64,000 nucleotides of DNA, taken from Thermoplasmatota archaeon. Lineage in GTDB: Archaea > Thermoplasmatota > Penumbrarchaeia > Penumbrarchaeales > Penumbrarchaeaceae. The stretch is taken from positions 3,266 to 67,265 of the forward strand of contig JAFGLL010000121.1 of assembly GCA_016928095.1 (NCBI GenBank). The letters run 5' to 3'. This document shows, one piece after another, positions 39,569-49,900 of this stretch. The stretch's first letter is position 1, and the number at the start of each line of letters is the position of its first letter. Below the pieces are notes generated by a model. It ran no database searches, was not told the DNA's origin, and worked only from the letters and a program-made list of their open reading frames with translations. Made by a program: the position numbers and the translations under genes.

Positions 39569-42196
39569 TCACTCCACCACGGTGGCTTCCACCACCTCGA
39601 CCCTTTCAGGTTCGCCCCCTCCGCCTGGAGCATCGTCTCCCAGTATGGAGGCGAGAGCATCATCCGCCTTCCTTATGATCTCCGGGTCCTCGGTGGGAAC
39701 AGCCACTCCGGATGCGGGGGCATCCGTTCCGGTCGAAGCAGAAGGTTCCCTGTCTGCGGGTTGTTTCTGACCCCCGACCGCTCCCTCGTCACCTTTCTTC
39801 TTCTCCTTTCCATGGAAGAACCTGTTGTAAACGATGTAGCCCACGATGGCCAGAACAATGACCACCACGGCTATGATGATGAGCGTCAAGTAATTGAAAG
39901 GAGTTCCATCATCCTTCTTTTCTATATAGATAGAGTAATCCAGGGAGTAAGTCCCCTTGGAAGAGGAGTATCTGACCTTGAGGGAGACAGCCCCCGGTTC
40001 TTCCACATCGTTGACCTTTATCTCACCTCTGGCAGTGAAAGACCCTCCCGGTTCCAGGACCCTTTCACCGGGGGTCAGGTTGACCGTGAGCTCCGGCGGG
40101 GCTTCCAGAGAGATGCTTATCGTCTCGTCCCTGTTACCCTTGTTGGAAAAGGTGAGGTTCAGGGGAACCGTCTGTTCTTCAACGGTGCTGACCGATGACC
40201 ATTCCCTCTCCGCCTTGATGTCGGAGACCTCCGGTATTATCACCTCGAGGTTCTTGGAGAACTGCCCTTCGGCTCCGGCATCTATGCCGACATCCATTCT
40301 GTATGGGTTACCAAGGTTCCAGAGTGCACCTGTCGCGGGGGTCACCGAGAGGTTCCAGAGCGATGAGGCCCCCGGTGAGAGTTCTATATCCTCGTAGTCG
40401 GAGCCGAGGTACCATCCTTCGGGACCATCGACCGTTATCCCTATCTGCAGGTCCTCCAGGGTCGGGTTGTATAGATCAAGGGAGAAGTAGACCTTCGAAT
40501 ACTTGATCGGATAATTGGTCCCAACCCTTCCGGAAACCTGCTTTTGATCCCCGGATCCGGCCTCTACCACATCCCTGGAACCATCCACGACCTTCAACGT
40601 GAAGTAGATCCACTTCTTCTCGGTTTCTCCCCTCGCCCTCACGTAGCTGCCGAACGGATGCGTCCCGAAGGGGCCTGTTGAAGAAGTGGTGACCATTACA
40701 TCCACGACCTCCTCGCCTGAAGCATTGACCTCGAACACATAGAGGCTCCCCTGGAGCTCACCATCTGTGGAGGAGTAGGAAACAGACCACGTGGTAGGAA
40801 GGCCCTCTGACGCCATCTCGAAGGTCTTGGTCGAGTTGAGGATGTTGATCACCCTGACCTGGAAGGTCCCTACGGATCCTGCAAAAAGCGGTCTTACCGT
40901 GTCTCCTATTGGTTCTATACCGTATGTTGCCACGCCGGTGACGGTGATCTTCCCCGTGGCGGTATAGGTCCTTTCCGCATTGCGGGATATTGCCTCGAAT
41001 GTGATGACATCTTCTTCCGAAAGCTGCGCTCTGAGAGGAACATAGACACGGAACTCGACACTGCTCGAGGACCCTCCGTCGATCTCGATGGTGTCGGGAA
41101 CATCAATGGACCACCCTTCGAGCGAGCCTGCCGAGAATTCCACCCTGTCGTTCGCATCGCCCCCGTTAAGCACCTCAAGCTGGAAGGTCACCGCATCCCC
41201 AGCATCGGCCTCCCTGTCGGGATTCTCCATGGTCAGGAACAGCCCCGGCCTCACTTCCAGAGAAGTCTCCCGGGTAACGGAGCATCCTGTGTTGCTTTCG
41301 GCGGTAATGAATATGTTGTATGTGTCGGAGGGGGTCCCCTCAGGAAGGATGTAAACATGTTCGAAGGTGGCATTTTCCTCCCCGCCCTGCTCCTCGGGCT
41401 CGCCCGTTACGTTGAGAAGGATACCGCCCTGGGAGGATATCATCAGGATGTTCATGGTATCGATATCGTACGCACCGAAAACAGAGCTTGCCTGGGCAAT
41501 GAGATCGATGGTCCGGGCCTCCTCGGGACCGTAGGGGATCACCTCTTTGACAGGCTGTCCGTTGGGGTCCAGGAGCCTGAGGGTCACATCACTGTCGGCT
41601 ATCGGCTCCCCGACAATGGACAGTGTGGTGTAGCCTCCGGTGAGGGTACCTGCGTAAGCAAAGGCCAGAGAAGGCGGGATGAGCTGCTGGGGTGTTCCCT
41701 GGAACGATATCCTTGTTCTTATCGTGGACCCTTTCTTCAATGTCATGGTGGGGGACGTTAGAGGGAGTTCGATGTCATCGTTCTCGATATCCTCGACCCC
41801 TGCCTCGGTGCCTGCTACCTTCAGGGAAGCCCCGGTTGCAGGGTCCATGAAGATTTCGACCCCCAGGCTCCATTCCCCCGCTATGATTGTGAGGTCCTGG
41901 ATGTGCAGGGTCAGGACACGTGCGCTACCGTCCGGTCTACCGGTGATGATCATGTCCCGCACCAGCGGGTAGGAGAGAACATACTCCAGCTCATCTCCGT
42001 TCCGCATGGCCTCCCCCACCTCGTTCGACCTGGAGGGCTCGGTATCCATGCTCATGTTGTCGTGAAGGTAGAGCTGGACCTCCACATCCTCTGCAGCAGA
42101 CTGCTCGCTCAGGAGCAGGAACATCAGGGTGGACGACAGGAATACGATAGCTATCAGAGCCGTCCCCCATCTTCTTGAACACGTCAATTCGACCAC
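39569..42196 (-). CDS. Large surface protein (875 aa) with beta-sandwich/Ig-like domains, a C-terminal TM anchor and a ~90 aa acidic cytoplasmic tail
   Basis: Signal 'ALIAIVFLSSTLMFLLLSEQSAA'. TM 'LTLIIIAVVVIVLAIVGYIVY', then a K-rich stop-transfer and a D/E/P/A-rich tail. Confidence 0.7.
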   Translation of the reverse strand: MVELTCSRRWGTALIAIVFLSSTLMFLLLSEQSAAEDVEVQLYLHDNMSMDTEPSRSNEVGEAMRNGDELEYVLSYPLVRDMIITGRPDGSARVLTLHIQDLTIIAGEWSLGVEIFMDPATGASLKVAGTEAGVEDIENDDIELPLTSPTMTLKKGSTIRTRISFQGTPQQLIPPSLAFAYAGTLTGGYTTLSIVGEPIADSDVTLRLLDPNGQPVKEVIPYGPEEARTIDLIAQASSVFGAYDIDTMNILMISSQGGILLNVTGEPEEQGGEENATFEHVYILPEGTPSDTYNIFITAESNTGCSVTRETSLEVRPGLFLTMENPDREADAGDAVTFQLEVLNGGDANDRVEFSAGSLEGWSIDVPDTIEIDGGSSSSVEFRVYVPLRAQLSEEDVITFEAISRNAERTYTATGKITVTGVATYGIEPIGDTVRPLFAGSVGTFQVRVINILNSTKTFEMASEGLPTTWSVSYSSTDGELQGSLYVFEVNASGEEVVDVMVTTSSTGPFGTHPFGSYVRARGETEKKWIYFTLKVVDGSRDVVEAGSGDQKQVSGRVGTNYPIKYSKVYFSLDLYNPTLEDLQIGITVDGPEGWYLGSDYEDIELSPGASSLWNLSVTPATGALWNLGNPYRMDVGIDAGAEGQFSKNLEVIIPEVSDIKAEREWSSVSTVEEQTVPLNLTFSNKGNRDETISISLEAPPELTVNLTPGERVLEPGGSFTARGEIKVNDVEEPGAVSLKVRYSSSKGTYSLDYSIYIEKKDDGTPFNYLTLIIIAVVVIVLAIVGYIVYNRFFHGKEKKKGDEGAVGGQKQPADREPSASTGTDAPASGVAVPTEDPEIIRKADDALASILGDDAPGGGGEPERVEVVEATVVE

Positions 42197-42424
42197 CCCG
42201 TTAAACCTGTTAATGTGAACATGATTGCTGGACGTTTATATATTTCGGTGTATCCGCCCCTCCAACGGATGCAATTTCAGTCGATCTGAACTGTAATGAC
42301 CACTCGAAGATATCGCCGGATTGGTCCGTTGGCGACGATGATTGGATCTCCTCATCAACGGCCAGGGAAAACCTATTATCCGAACTACCTCTTATATCGG
42401 GTGACAGGTCTTGGAGTTGGATAA

Positions 42425-43009
42425 TTGGGTACGGTCATTGCTGCGGTGATGGTCTTTCTGATCGTGGTCGGGTCCATGCTGGCTATGAGGGGAGGGGAAG
42501 TGCTCAGGGGATTCGTCCGGTTGATGGGAGGATCGTTCCTTGGAGGTGCTGGAGCATACCTCGGTTTCAGGATAGGTGAGCTCTTTGGAGGTGAATGGAC
42601 CATGGCCTATGCCTTGTCGATGGGGGCCCTCGGGTTCCTGGTCGGATTCCTTTTCGGTACAAAACTTCTGCAGATCGTGCTTACCGTGACCGTCTTCGTC
42701 CTTGGGGCCGGGGTGGGGTATTTCGTGGCAGAAGAGCTGGGAGGGGACGGGTCCGTCCCGTTCCTTGCCGGCGTCGTCGTGGGGGTGGTAGGGGCATGGG
42801 TCCTATCATCCATAGCACGACGTCTTCTTCTGGCGGCCACCATAACCTTCGGATCCACCATGGTCAGCGCCGGTATCCTTGTCCTCCTGTTGAACGATAT
42901 ATCGGTAGAAGAGGCGGGGCTGATCTCCTTCGGGGCCTTCATAGTCCTTTCCCTTGCGGGTTTTCTCTTACATCGGGGGGAGATCTCAGGGATGGATGAT
43001 AAGAGATGA
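42425..43009 (+). CDS. Gly-rich polytopic membrane protein (about 6 TM)
   Basis: Hydrophobic G/A/V-rich helices throughout. No family recognised. Confidence 0.5.
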   Translation: MGTVIAAVMVFLIVVGSMLAMRGGEVLRGFVRLMGGSFLGGAGAYLGFRIGELFGGEWTMAYALSMGALGFLVGFLFGTKLLQIVLTVTVFVLGAGVGYFVAEELGGDGSVPFLAGVVVGVVGAWVLSSIARRLLLAATITFGSTMVSAGILVLLLNDISVEEAGLISFGAFIVLSLAGFLLHRGEISGMDDKR

Positions 43010-43011
43010 GA

Positions 43012-46000
43012 TCACTCCTTCCCCTCGTCGTCGTGCTCCTTTCTGTAGAACAATGAGGCTATAAGGAGAACACCCATGATCATCGATACGGTGATGATAC
43101 CGGCAGTGGTGACCTCTCCCATATCCACATCATCGTCAACCGGGATCCCTTGGGGACCTGGGTCCATGACGGATACATCGCTCGTCAACATGCCCGTGGC
43201 TTGCCAGCTCTCCCTTTTCCCCGATGGATCAAGGGTCAGGCCTTCTGCGGTCACAGACAGCACGTAAAGACCTTTTTCAAGAGGCAGGTACATGACCACC
43301 GTTCTTGTCTCACCCGGACCCAGTCCGATAACGATCTCCTCCGATATCACGACCCCATCGGCCCGTTGCCCGTCATACAGGATCAGATGCAGTACCTCTA
43401 TCCTGGAGGATGTCGGATTGTGGACCTCCACGTTCAATGCCCCGGTATAACGGTCGCCGGTCATTGCCTGGCCCATGCTTTCAACGGATGCCACAGGATC
43501 GGTGATCACCATGAAATGGAGGTTGCATTCCTGTCTTGGTATATTGATGGAGGAAGCCCCCAGCACGATGTTAATATCATACCTGCCAGGACCGGCAGTT
43601 ATCTCATAGGACCAGTTCAGATACACATCCCCGCCCGGGCCCAGTTCATCTACGGGGACCTGGATATCCCCCTCCTTTCTATCGCTCATATGAGAGATCA
43701 CATGCCCCACCGAGAAAGAAAGCAGCATTCCCGAAAGACCTTCGGGCAGCCCCGGGGGGGCCGGATGATAGCTCACGTTAAGAGGCCATGGACCGACGTT
43801 CTCGATCCTGGCCTCCACCATGATCTCCGAACCCCCCCTTACGATCGGGGGGATGTCCTTACAGCTCAAGCTCAGGATGGGGAGGGAAATGACCGTCCTG
43901 TAATCCCGGCTCTCGGGTACGGGCAACCATGACGGGCCCTCCACCAATGCCTGGATATGGTTCACTCCGGGTGATAGGGTGATGTTCAATTCGGCAAGGA
44001 CGGTATCGTCTGCGGGGATATCCACAGTGGTATGGTTCAGTTCCTTTGTCAGGCCATCGCCTCTGAGGAACAGAGGCTCCAATGAGCGGTTCTGAAAGAC
44101 AAGAGGGGCCGAGGCCTCCGAACCGATCACCTTGACAGTTCTGGTCCCGGCGGGAACAGAACCCCAGTTCCTGATGGAAACCTTCACGCAAGCCGTTGGC
44201 GAGGACAGGTCCGATACAACAGGCTCCAGATCGAGTATCTCCAGGTCCGGAAGGGCGGGAAGGCTCGTGAACTTCTGCGAGGTATGGGCAGGTATGCCGG
44301 AAAGAGCGGGTACGGTCAGGACCGAGAGGCCCAGTTGGAATTCCTTCACGGATACGGTGAATCCCACCTGCTCCGTTTGACCTAGGGTGTGGAATTCAAG
44401 GACCTCTGAATCCCAGAGCTCCTGAGAGACCCCCCCGGTCTCCCGGTCCCTCAGTACCCGGTATAGGTCCGCGCGTACCATTCCCGAGGGCGTCAGTCCT
44501 CTGTAGGATACGGTTGCGGTCGCGATGACCATGGTCCCGGGTGTGACGTCAGTGTCCGAGACGGATAAGGATATGACCTCACCCCCCCACGACAGGTTAC
44601 GGACCGTGAACGCGGGCGAGGGTGGTCCGGACCGGTCATCCTCCAGGCCCGGGACCTCGATGAAACCCAGATCGAAGGTCGAGTCGGCCCGTCCCATTAT
44701 CGATGGGGACAGCTCGAGAGATGGGTCGCTGGTCAGCCGAAGAGGCTCCGTCCATCCATCCGATAACAGGTCCTTATTATTGGTCGAAACGTAAAGGTCC
44801 CCCCCGGTTCCCTCCCACACTCGCCAAATAGCATCGTATCTGCCTTCCGACCTGGCGATGATCCGGGATGATCCCATGAACCGGGTTGACGAGGTCACTT
44901 CCACCCGATCCTCGGGAGGATCGGAGGGTCGGGCCACGATCAGCCTGTAATGGTCTCCGGGTGTGGAGACGACAAGGACAAGATATGGATCGCTGTCCCG
45001 GATATCCGCGAACGACACCTCCTCCACGTACATGTTGTCCTCCATTTCGACCTCAAGAGAAGGGCCCCACCCATCGGACTCCGACCATGAACGATACCTC
45101 AACTTACCGTTTCCCGACAGCCATGCAACGTGGAGTACCCCATCGGTGTCGAACCAGAGGTCTGGCCTCTGATCGAGGACAGTATCCTCCGTGATCCTCT
45201 CCGGAGATGTCCATGTCCCCCCTTCCCAGAAAGATACCATGACCTCCCTGTCCTCCAGCGTGGTAGCGTCCCCGTCAAGGTCGCCGATGAAACATAATGC
45301 GGAACGTTCGTTCTCGTGGTCCGATGCCATGGAGGGGTGCTGCTCCAAAACATTTCCCGATGTGACCCTTGAAGGACTCCCGGTGAAGTTACCCTCCATG
45401 TCACCAGTGTGATAGAATAACCTCATGGAGTTCGACCTGTTGGTGATGCTTTCCTCGTAACCAGCCTCGGACCAGACCACAATAGGTATTCCGTCCCACA
45501 GATATTCGAGGTCCGGATGGGATTTGTATGTATTGTTCCGGTATACTTCGGATTCAACAATACCGTCCCTGTAGACCAGGTGGGTCGTATGTCCATCCCT
45601 TAAGGACAGCTCCAGCTGGCCTATGTTACCGGAGGGGGATAATGCAATATCGGTGCCGATCCCTTGGGGGTCGATCCCCCCGTCCTGAGGTGATACCCCA
45701 ATCTCAAGACCCATGTCATTGAGATAGAGGGAGGTCTCGAATGAGAGTTCTCCGGAACCTGACCGATCCAAACCAATTCCCTGGACCAGACAACTCCATG
45801 AAGCAGAAATGTTAATTATGAACCGGGGGTCGTCATAACCTGGAAGGGCCAGGGTACACATGGCCGTGGAGCTGCCCGATATATCGATATCCAAAGAGGA
45901 CTGGATCGGGCTGAAGTGACCGTCATCCCCCACTCCGAGGACCGTGGAGGCTTTCACATCTCCGTCCAATCCGAGCTCCGGCAATGGTAGCTCGATCGTA

Positions 46001-47160
46001 TCACCGAAAGCTCCGATCTCTCTGAGATTCCTCCCCATTGTCAGTACCGAAAGGTCCATGTTCATCGATATTGACCCTTCCATCTCGATGGTGAAACCGC
46101 CAGTTGAGGAAGGGATGAAAGACCTTCCCTCTTGAGGGATCATGAAGCGATACGAGGTGTTGGACGGACCAGTAAGTGAGGTGTCACCCCTGGATATCAG
46201 GGTGGTTGTACCATCAAGAAGTATGTAGGCAGAGAAGAAAATCTCCCCGCTGTCGCCGTTCAGCATCATATCGCCCACATCATCCATCCTGTCGGAGCTC
46301 GTGGATATAAGGCTGGGACCAATGTCCAGCTTGCCGCTCAGGACATACGATGAAAGGTCCGTGTCGAAATAGGAGTGCCTACGGTCAAGGTCCTCATACC
46401 AGACAGGAGTATCGGAAACCCGTACCAGGCATGACCTCCTGGGAAGAGGATATCCTCCGTAAGTGGAATTAATTGTCAGAGTGTGGTTGCCCGGGGGCAA
46501 TGTTCCGGCGTCGAAGGAGGCCCGGAACATGTTACCGGAGAACCTCGTGCCGTATTCGAGGAAATGACCTTCTACAGTTGCATAGACCCTGATGATGGAA
46601 GGGTCCTCAACATCCTGAAAGAACATATCAAGCTCCACGATGTTCTCGATCCCCGTGATGTATTCACCGAGAACATCCGGGTCCTGGTCCCCGTCCTGAA
46701 CGGAGGAGACCCCTCCGAGATAGGGGATCGATATTGTCAGCGACCTTACGTTGTTGCTCTCTCTCAGCTCTCTTTCTGCCCCGTCGGTATCGACCACCGC
46801 GGTCATCAGGTGGGTCCCGGGGTTATCAGGGACCCATTTGAACTCCTTGGTGAACTCCATTCCCGGAGCCAGCGGTAGAAGGGGAAATGTGACGACAACG
46901 GTCTTGTTGGTCATGGACCCATCCTCCAGGTCCATGACGACCACACCCACATCGACCGATGATGATAAACCGAGGTTCTTAATCCCGATGACCCCTTTAT
47001 AACCGTCCTTTGTAGGTGTCATCGAAAGCCCGGTGATCGAGAGGTCCGGAGCTCCGTCCATCCGGTCCGAAGCCTGGACCATGGTAATGACAGGCAAGAT
47101 GATCAAAAGAAGGACCGCAAGGGTCGCAGAGGACAGGGCCCACCCATGGTGATCGCTCAT
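43012..47160 (-). CDS. Giant surface protein (~1380 aa) with BNR/Asp-box-like beta-propeller and beta-sandwich domains and a C-terminal TM anchor
   Basis: The likely start is 'MSDHHGWALSSATLAVLLLIILPVITMVQA' (signal peptide). The ORF-track start at 47364 would overlap the rpl11 coding start by 70 nt. BNR-like 'SFWEGGTWTSP' and 'SWSESDGWGPS'. C-terminal 'IITVSMIMGVLLIASLFYRKEHDDEGKE'. Confidence 0.7.
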   Translation of the reverse strand: MSDHHGWALSSATLAVLLLIILPVITMVQASDRMDGAPDLSITGLSMTPTKDGYKGVIGIKNLGLSSSVDVGVVVMDLEDGSMTNKTVVVTFPLLPLAPGMEFTKEFKWVPDNPGTHLMTAVVDTDGAERELRESNNVRSLTISIPYLGGVSSVQDGDQDPDVLGEYITGIENIVELDMFFQDVEDPSIIRVYATVEGHFLEYGTRFSGNMFRASFDAGTLPPGNHTLTINSTYGGYPLPRRSCLVRVSDTPVWYEDLDRRHSYFDTDLSSYVLSGKLDIGPSLISTSSDRMDDVGDMMLNGDSGEIFFSAYILLDGTTTLISRGDTSLTGPSNTSYRFMIPQEGRSFIPSSTGGFTIEMEGSISMNMDLSVLTMGRNLREIGAFGDTIELPLPELGLDGDVKASTVLGVGDDGHFSPIQSSLDIDISGSSTAMCTLALPGYDDPRFIINISASWSCLVQGIGLDRSGSGELSFETSLYLNDMGLEIGVSPQDGGIDPQGIGTDIALSPSGNIGQLELSLRDGHTTHLVYRDGIVESEVYRNNTYKSHPDLEYLWDGIPIVVWSEAGYEESITNRSNSMRLFYHTGDMEGNFTGSPSRVTSGNVLEQHPSMASDHENERSALCFIGDLDGDATTLEDREVMVSFWEGGTWTSPERITEDTVLDQRPDLWFDTDGVLHVAWLSGNGKLRYRSWSESDGWGPSLEVEMEDNMYVEEVSFADIRDSDPYLVLVVSTPGDHYRLIVARPSDPPEDRVEVTSSTRFMGSSRIIARSEGRYDAIWRVWEGTGGDLYVSTNNKDLLSDGWTEPLRLTSDPSLELSPSIMGRADSTFDLGFIEVPGLEDDRSGPPSPAFTVRNLSWGGEVISLSVSDTDVTPGTMVIATATVSYRGLTPSGMVRADLYRVLRDRETGGVSQELWDSEVLEFHTLGQTEQVGFTVSVKEFQLGLSVLTVPALSGIPAHTSQKFTSLPALPDLEILDLEPVVSDLSSPTACVKVSIRNWGSVPAGTRTVKVIGSEASAPLVFQNRSLEPLFLRGDGLTKELNHTTVDIPADDTVLAELNITLSPGVNHIQALVEGPSWLPVPESRDYRTVISLPILSLSCKDIPPIVRGGSEIMVEARIENVGPWPLNVSYHPAPPGLPEGLSGMLLSFSVGHVISHMSDRKEGDIQVPVDELGPGGDVYLNWSYEITAGPGRYDINIVLGASSINIPRQECNLHFMVITDPVASVESMGQAMTGDRYTGALNVEVHNPTSSRIEVLHLILYDGQRADGVVISEEIVIGLGPGETRTVVMYLPLEKGLYVLSVTAEGLTLDPSGKRESWQATGMLTSDVSVMDPGPQGIPVDDDVDMGEVTTAGIITVSMIMGVLLIASLFYRKEHDDEGKE

Positions 47161-47294
47161 CCCCCTTGGATGAAATGATGTGATAATATAATTTCTGGCA
47201 GGTCGCAGGGGGGAGGCCATACTACATCTTTTAATAGCAAAACAACTTTCGGGCCTTGCTGTCCCCTTAGGGCAGGTACCTAGGAGGAACCTCC
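47161..47294. promoter_or_regulatory. Divergent promoter region between the giant surface protein gene (-) and the r-protein operon (+)
   Basis: AT-rich 'gataatataatttctg' and 'cttttaatagcaaaac'. A GGAGG sits 5 nt before the rpl11 ATG. Confidence 0.4.
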
Positions 47295-47771
47295 ATGACA
47301 GAAAAGATCGAAGCACTGGTTGACGGCGGAAAAGCATCCGCAGGGCCACCGCTGGGCCCGGCACTGGGACCTCTCGGTGTCAACATCGGCCAGATCGTGG
47401 GCGAGATCAATCAGAGGACCAAGGATTTCGTCGGAATGAAAGTACCCGTGACCATCATCATTGACCCGAAGACCAAAGAGTTCTCGATAACCGTTGGAAC
47501 ACCACCTACCTCCTCCCTCCTCCTTCAGGAGATGGGACGGGAGAAGGGGCCCGGAAGCGCTCAGGACACCGTGGACATCCCCATCGAGAAGGTCATCAAG
47601 GTGGCGAGGATGAAACGCCAGAATATGCTGGCCATCTCTCTGGAAACTGCGGTCAAGGAGGTTCTGGGAACCGCTATATCGCTGCATGCGACCGTCGATG
47701 GAAAACCCCCCATGGAGGTACAAAAGCTTATAAACGAGGGCAAATATGCAGCCCTCCTCAGCTCTAAATGA
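47295..47771 (+). CDS. rpl11: 50S ribosomal protein L11
   Basis: 'GGKASAGPPLGPALGPLGVNIGQIVGEINQRTKDF' is the L11 N-terminal domain signature. Confidence 0.92.
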   Translation: MTEKIEALVDGGKASAGPPLGPALGPLGVNIGQIVGEINQRTKDFVGMKVPVTIIIDPKTKEFSITVGTPPTSSLLLQEMGREKGPGSAQDTVDIPIEKVIKVARMKRQNMLAISLETAVKEVLGTAISLHATVDGKPPMEVQKLINEGKYAALLSSK

Positions 47772-47854
47772 GCTTGAACCAGAAGAAGCATCCGATGTAG
47801 GAGGAGCAATGGTCCGATATGACCGCCTCCGCCTAACTACACGGGGTGTGTATC

Positions 47855-48499
47855 ATGGCAGAAGAGAAGATCATCAAAGCAGTGACCGAAGCCCTGCAGA
47901 AGGCCCCGGAACGCAAGTTCCAGGAATCCGTGGAGCTGGCCATAAATCTCAAGGATGTCGATCTCGCGAACCCCAAGAACAGGATCACCGATGAGGTGAT
48001 ACTCCCCAAAGGAAGGGGAAAAGCTGTCAAGGTGGGACTTTTCGGCTCGCCGGAGATGGTGACCAAGGCAAAGGGTGTAGCTGACCTGATAATCGGAGCC
48101 GAGGAGGTAGCCAAGATGGCCGAGGATAAATCCGAGACCAAGAAGAAGGTCAACGGGATTGATTTCTTCGTTGCTGAGGCACCTCTGATGGCAGTGGTGG
48201 GTAAGAACCTCGGTGTGATATTGGGTCCACGAGGAAAGATGCCCAGGCCCCTACCCCCGGGTTCGGACCCGGCGATCATCATCGCCAATCTTAGAAAGAC
48301 CGTGAAGGTCCGATCGAAGGACCGCAGGACCTTCCACGTCCCTGTAGGGACAAGGGACATGACCCCTTCGGACATATCGGCCAACATCGAATCCGTCCTA
48401 AACAGGATCAAGTCAAAGTTGGAGCGCGGCTACATGAACATCCATTCGGTCTACGTCAAGACTTCGATGGGACCGGCTGTGAGGATAGACCTGAGGTGA
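47855..48499 (+). CDS. rpl1: 50S ribosomal protein L1
   Basis: 'MAEEKIIKAVTEALQKAPERKFQESVELAINLKDVD...' is the L1 family pattern. The ORF-track start at 47846 (MCIM) is a possible alternative. Confidence 0.9.
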   Translation: MAEEKIIKAVTEALQKAPERKFQESVELAINLKDVDLANPKNRITDEVILPKGRGKAVKVGLFGSPEMVTKAKGVADLIIGAEEVAKMAEDKSETKKKVNGIDFFVAEAPLMAVVGKNLGVILGPRGKMPRPLPPGSDPAIIIANLRKTVKVRSKDRRTFHVPVGTRDMTPSDISANIESVLNRIKSKLERGYMNIHSVYVKTSMGPAVRIDLR

Positions 48500-49527
48500 G
48501 GATCGTGACGCATGTGGCTGATTGGAAGAAGGATGTCGTCAACGAGCTCGAGGGGATCATCAGGGACCACAGCACCGTAGCTGTTGTTAAGATCGACAGG
48601 ATCCCTGGTGTCCAGATGCAGAACATCAGGGCGAAGCTTCGCGACCAGATGACCATCAAGGTCGCAAAGAAGAACCTGATCAGGATAGCCTTCGACAGCT
48701 TGAAAGGTGAGAAAGCAGGCATCGAAAAGCTCGATGACCTTGTGGACGGCCAGGCAGCTGTCCTGGGTACGAACCTCAACCCTTACACGCTTTTCAAGAT
48801 ATTGGGTCAGAACATACAACCTATGCCGGCCAAGGGAGGCGAGGAAGCACCCGAGGACATTGTCGTCCCCGCAGGAGAGACCTCTTTTCCCCCTGGACCT
48901 ATCGTGGGTGAGTTCGGAAAGGCCGGTATTCCCGCTGCCATCGATAAGGGCAAGGTGGTGATCAGGAAGACCGTCACCCCCGTAAAGCAGGGCGGTATCA
49001 TTTCAAAGGAGGTCGCCTTCGCCCTGACCAAGCTCGAGATCTTTCCGTTCAGGGTAGGGATCGTCCTTGACGGTGCATGGGAGGACGGGGAGATATACCG
49101 ACCCAAAGACCTTGACATAGACATGGACGCTTACAGGTCGCAAATGACCTATGGGGCCCAGATGGCTCTCAATCTGGCGGTATTCACTGCTTATGTGACA
49201 CCGCTCACTGCAGTACCCATACTGCAGAAAGCAAGGATCGAGGCTTTCAATCTGGCCGTGTTCGCGGGTATCCTCAACAGGGACACCGCGGACCTGATAC
49301 TCTCCAAGGCCTACGGAGGCATGCTCGCCTTGGCGAGGTTGATGAGCGCGGAAGCGCTCGACAACGACCTCCAGGGTATTCTCGAAGGGGCCGCTGCGGC
49401 CCGACAGGAAAATGCACCTGCAGCCCCCAAGGATAAGAAGGTCGAGGAGAGTAAGGAAAAGGAAACCGAGGAAGCGACCCCCACCGAAGAGGATGGAATG
49501 GCCGGACTTGGTGCACTTTTCGGATAA
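48496..49527 (+). CDS. rpl10: 50S ribosomal protein L10 / acidic stalk protein P0
   Basis: GTG start with a GTGA overlap onto the rpl1 stop. N-terminal 'THVADWKKDVVNEL'. The archaeal P0 C-terminal tail is '[13 protein letters not shown]'. Confidence 0.9.
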   Translation: MRIVTHVADWKKDVVNELEGIIRDHSTVAVVKIDRIPGVQMQNIRAKLRDQMTIKVAKKNLIRIAFDSLKGEKAGIEKLDDLVDGQAAVLGTNLNPYTLFKILGQNIQPMPAKGGEEAPEDIVVPAGETSFPPGPIVGEFGKAGIPAAIDKGKVVIRKTVTPVKQGGIISKEVAFALTKLEIFPFRVGIVLDGAWEDGEIYRPKDLDIDMDAYRSQMTYGAQMALNLAVFTAYVTPLTAVPILQKARIEAFNLAVFAGILNRDTADLILSKAYGGMLALARLMSAEALDNDLQGILEGAAAARQENAPAAPKDKKVEESKEKETEEATPTEEDGMAGLGALFG

Positions 49528-49560
49528 GAGCGAAGATCAAGAAAGAAGGAGGAAAAAAAC

Positions 49561-49878
49561 ATGGAATACATCTATGGCGCCCTTCTGCTTCATTCCGCTG
49601 GCAAGCAGATAAACGAGGACGGTCTCAAGAAGGTCCTCGAGGCTGCTGGTGTGGCCGTCGAGCCCGCCAGGGTGAAGGCAGTGGTCACCTCACTCGATGG
49701 AGTTAACATCGAGGAGGCCATGAAGACCGCTATCGCAGCACCCGTAGCATCCGCTCCTGCTGCCGCTTCTGCGGCTCCTGCCGAGGAAAAGAAGAAGAAG
49801 GAAGAGAAGAAGGAAGAGGAAGAAGCTGGACCGACCGAGGAAGAGGCAATGGCTGGACTCGGTGCACTCTTCGGCTGA
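49561..49878 (+). CDS. rpl12: 50S ribosomal stalk protein P1 (L12)
   Basis: '[31 protein letters not shown]', then an Ala/Glu/Lys-rich hinge, then '[13 protein letters not shown]'. Confidence 0.92.
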   Translation: MEYIYGALLLHSAGKQINEDGLKKVLEAAGVAVEPARVKAVVTSLDGVNIEEAMKTAIAAPVASAPAAASAAPAEEKKKKEEKKEEEEAGPTEEEAMAGLGALFG

Positions 49879-49900
49879 ACTCGACAGGAATATTAAATAC

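Noticed and set aside
39565-39663. ORF-track 5' extensions: nnr to 39663, the ThiI-like gene to 30980, radical SAM to 31957, the PUA gene to 60583, the KaiC-like gene at a TTG at 3744, and crt at an ATG at 56845
   Set aside because: Each extension overlaps the upstream gene's coding sequence and lacks family features. Internal starts (39564, 30872, about 31894, 60760, 3807, GTG 56698) abut or closely follow the upstream stop codons and restore canonical N-termini.
47160-47364. ORF-track start of the giant surface protein at 47364, which would overlap the divergent rpl11 coding start (47295) by 70 nt
   Set aside because: The internal Met at 47160 begins a classic signal peptide (MSDHHGWALSSATLAVLLLIIL...). 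The upstream 68 codons are R/P/C-rich with no signal features. With the start moved to 47160, the overlap disappears and a 134-nt divergent promoter region remains.
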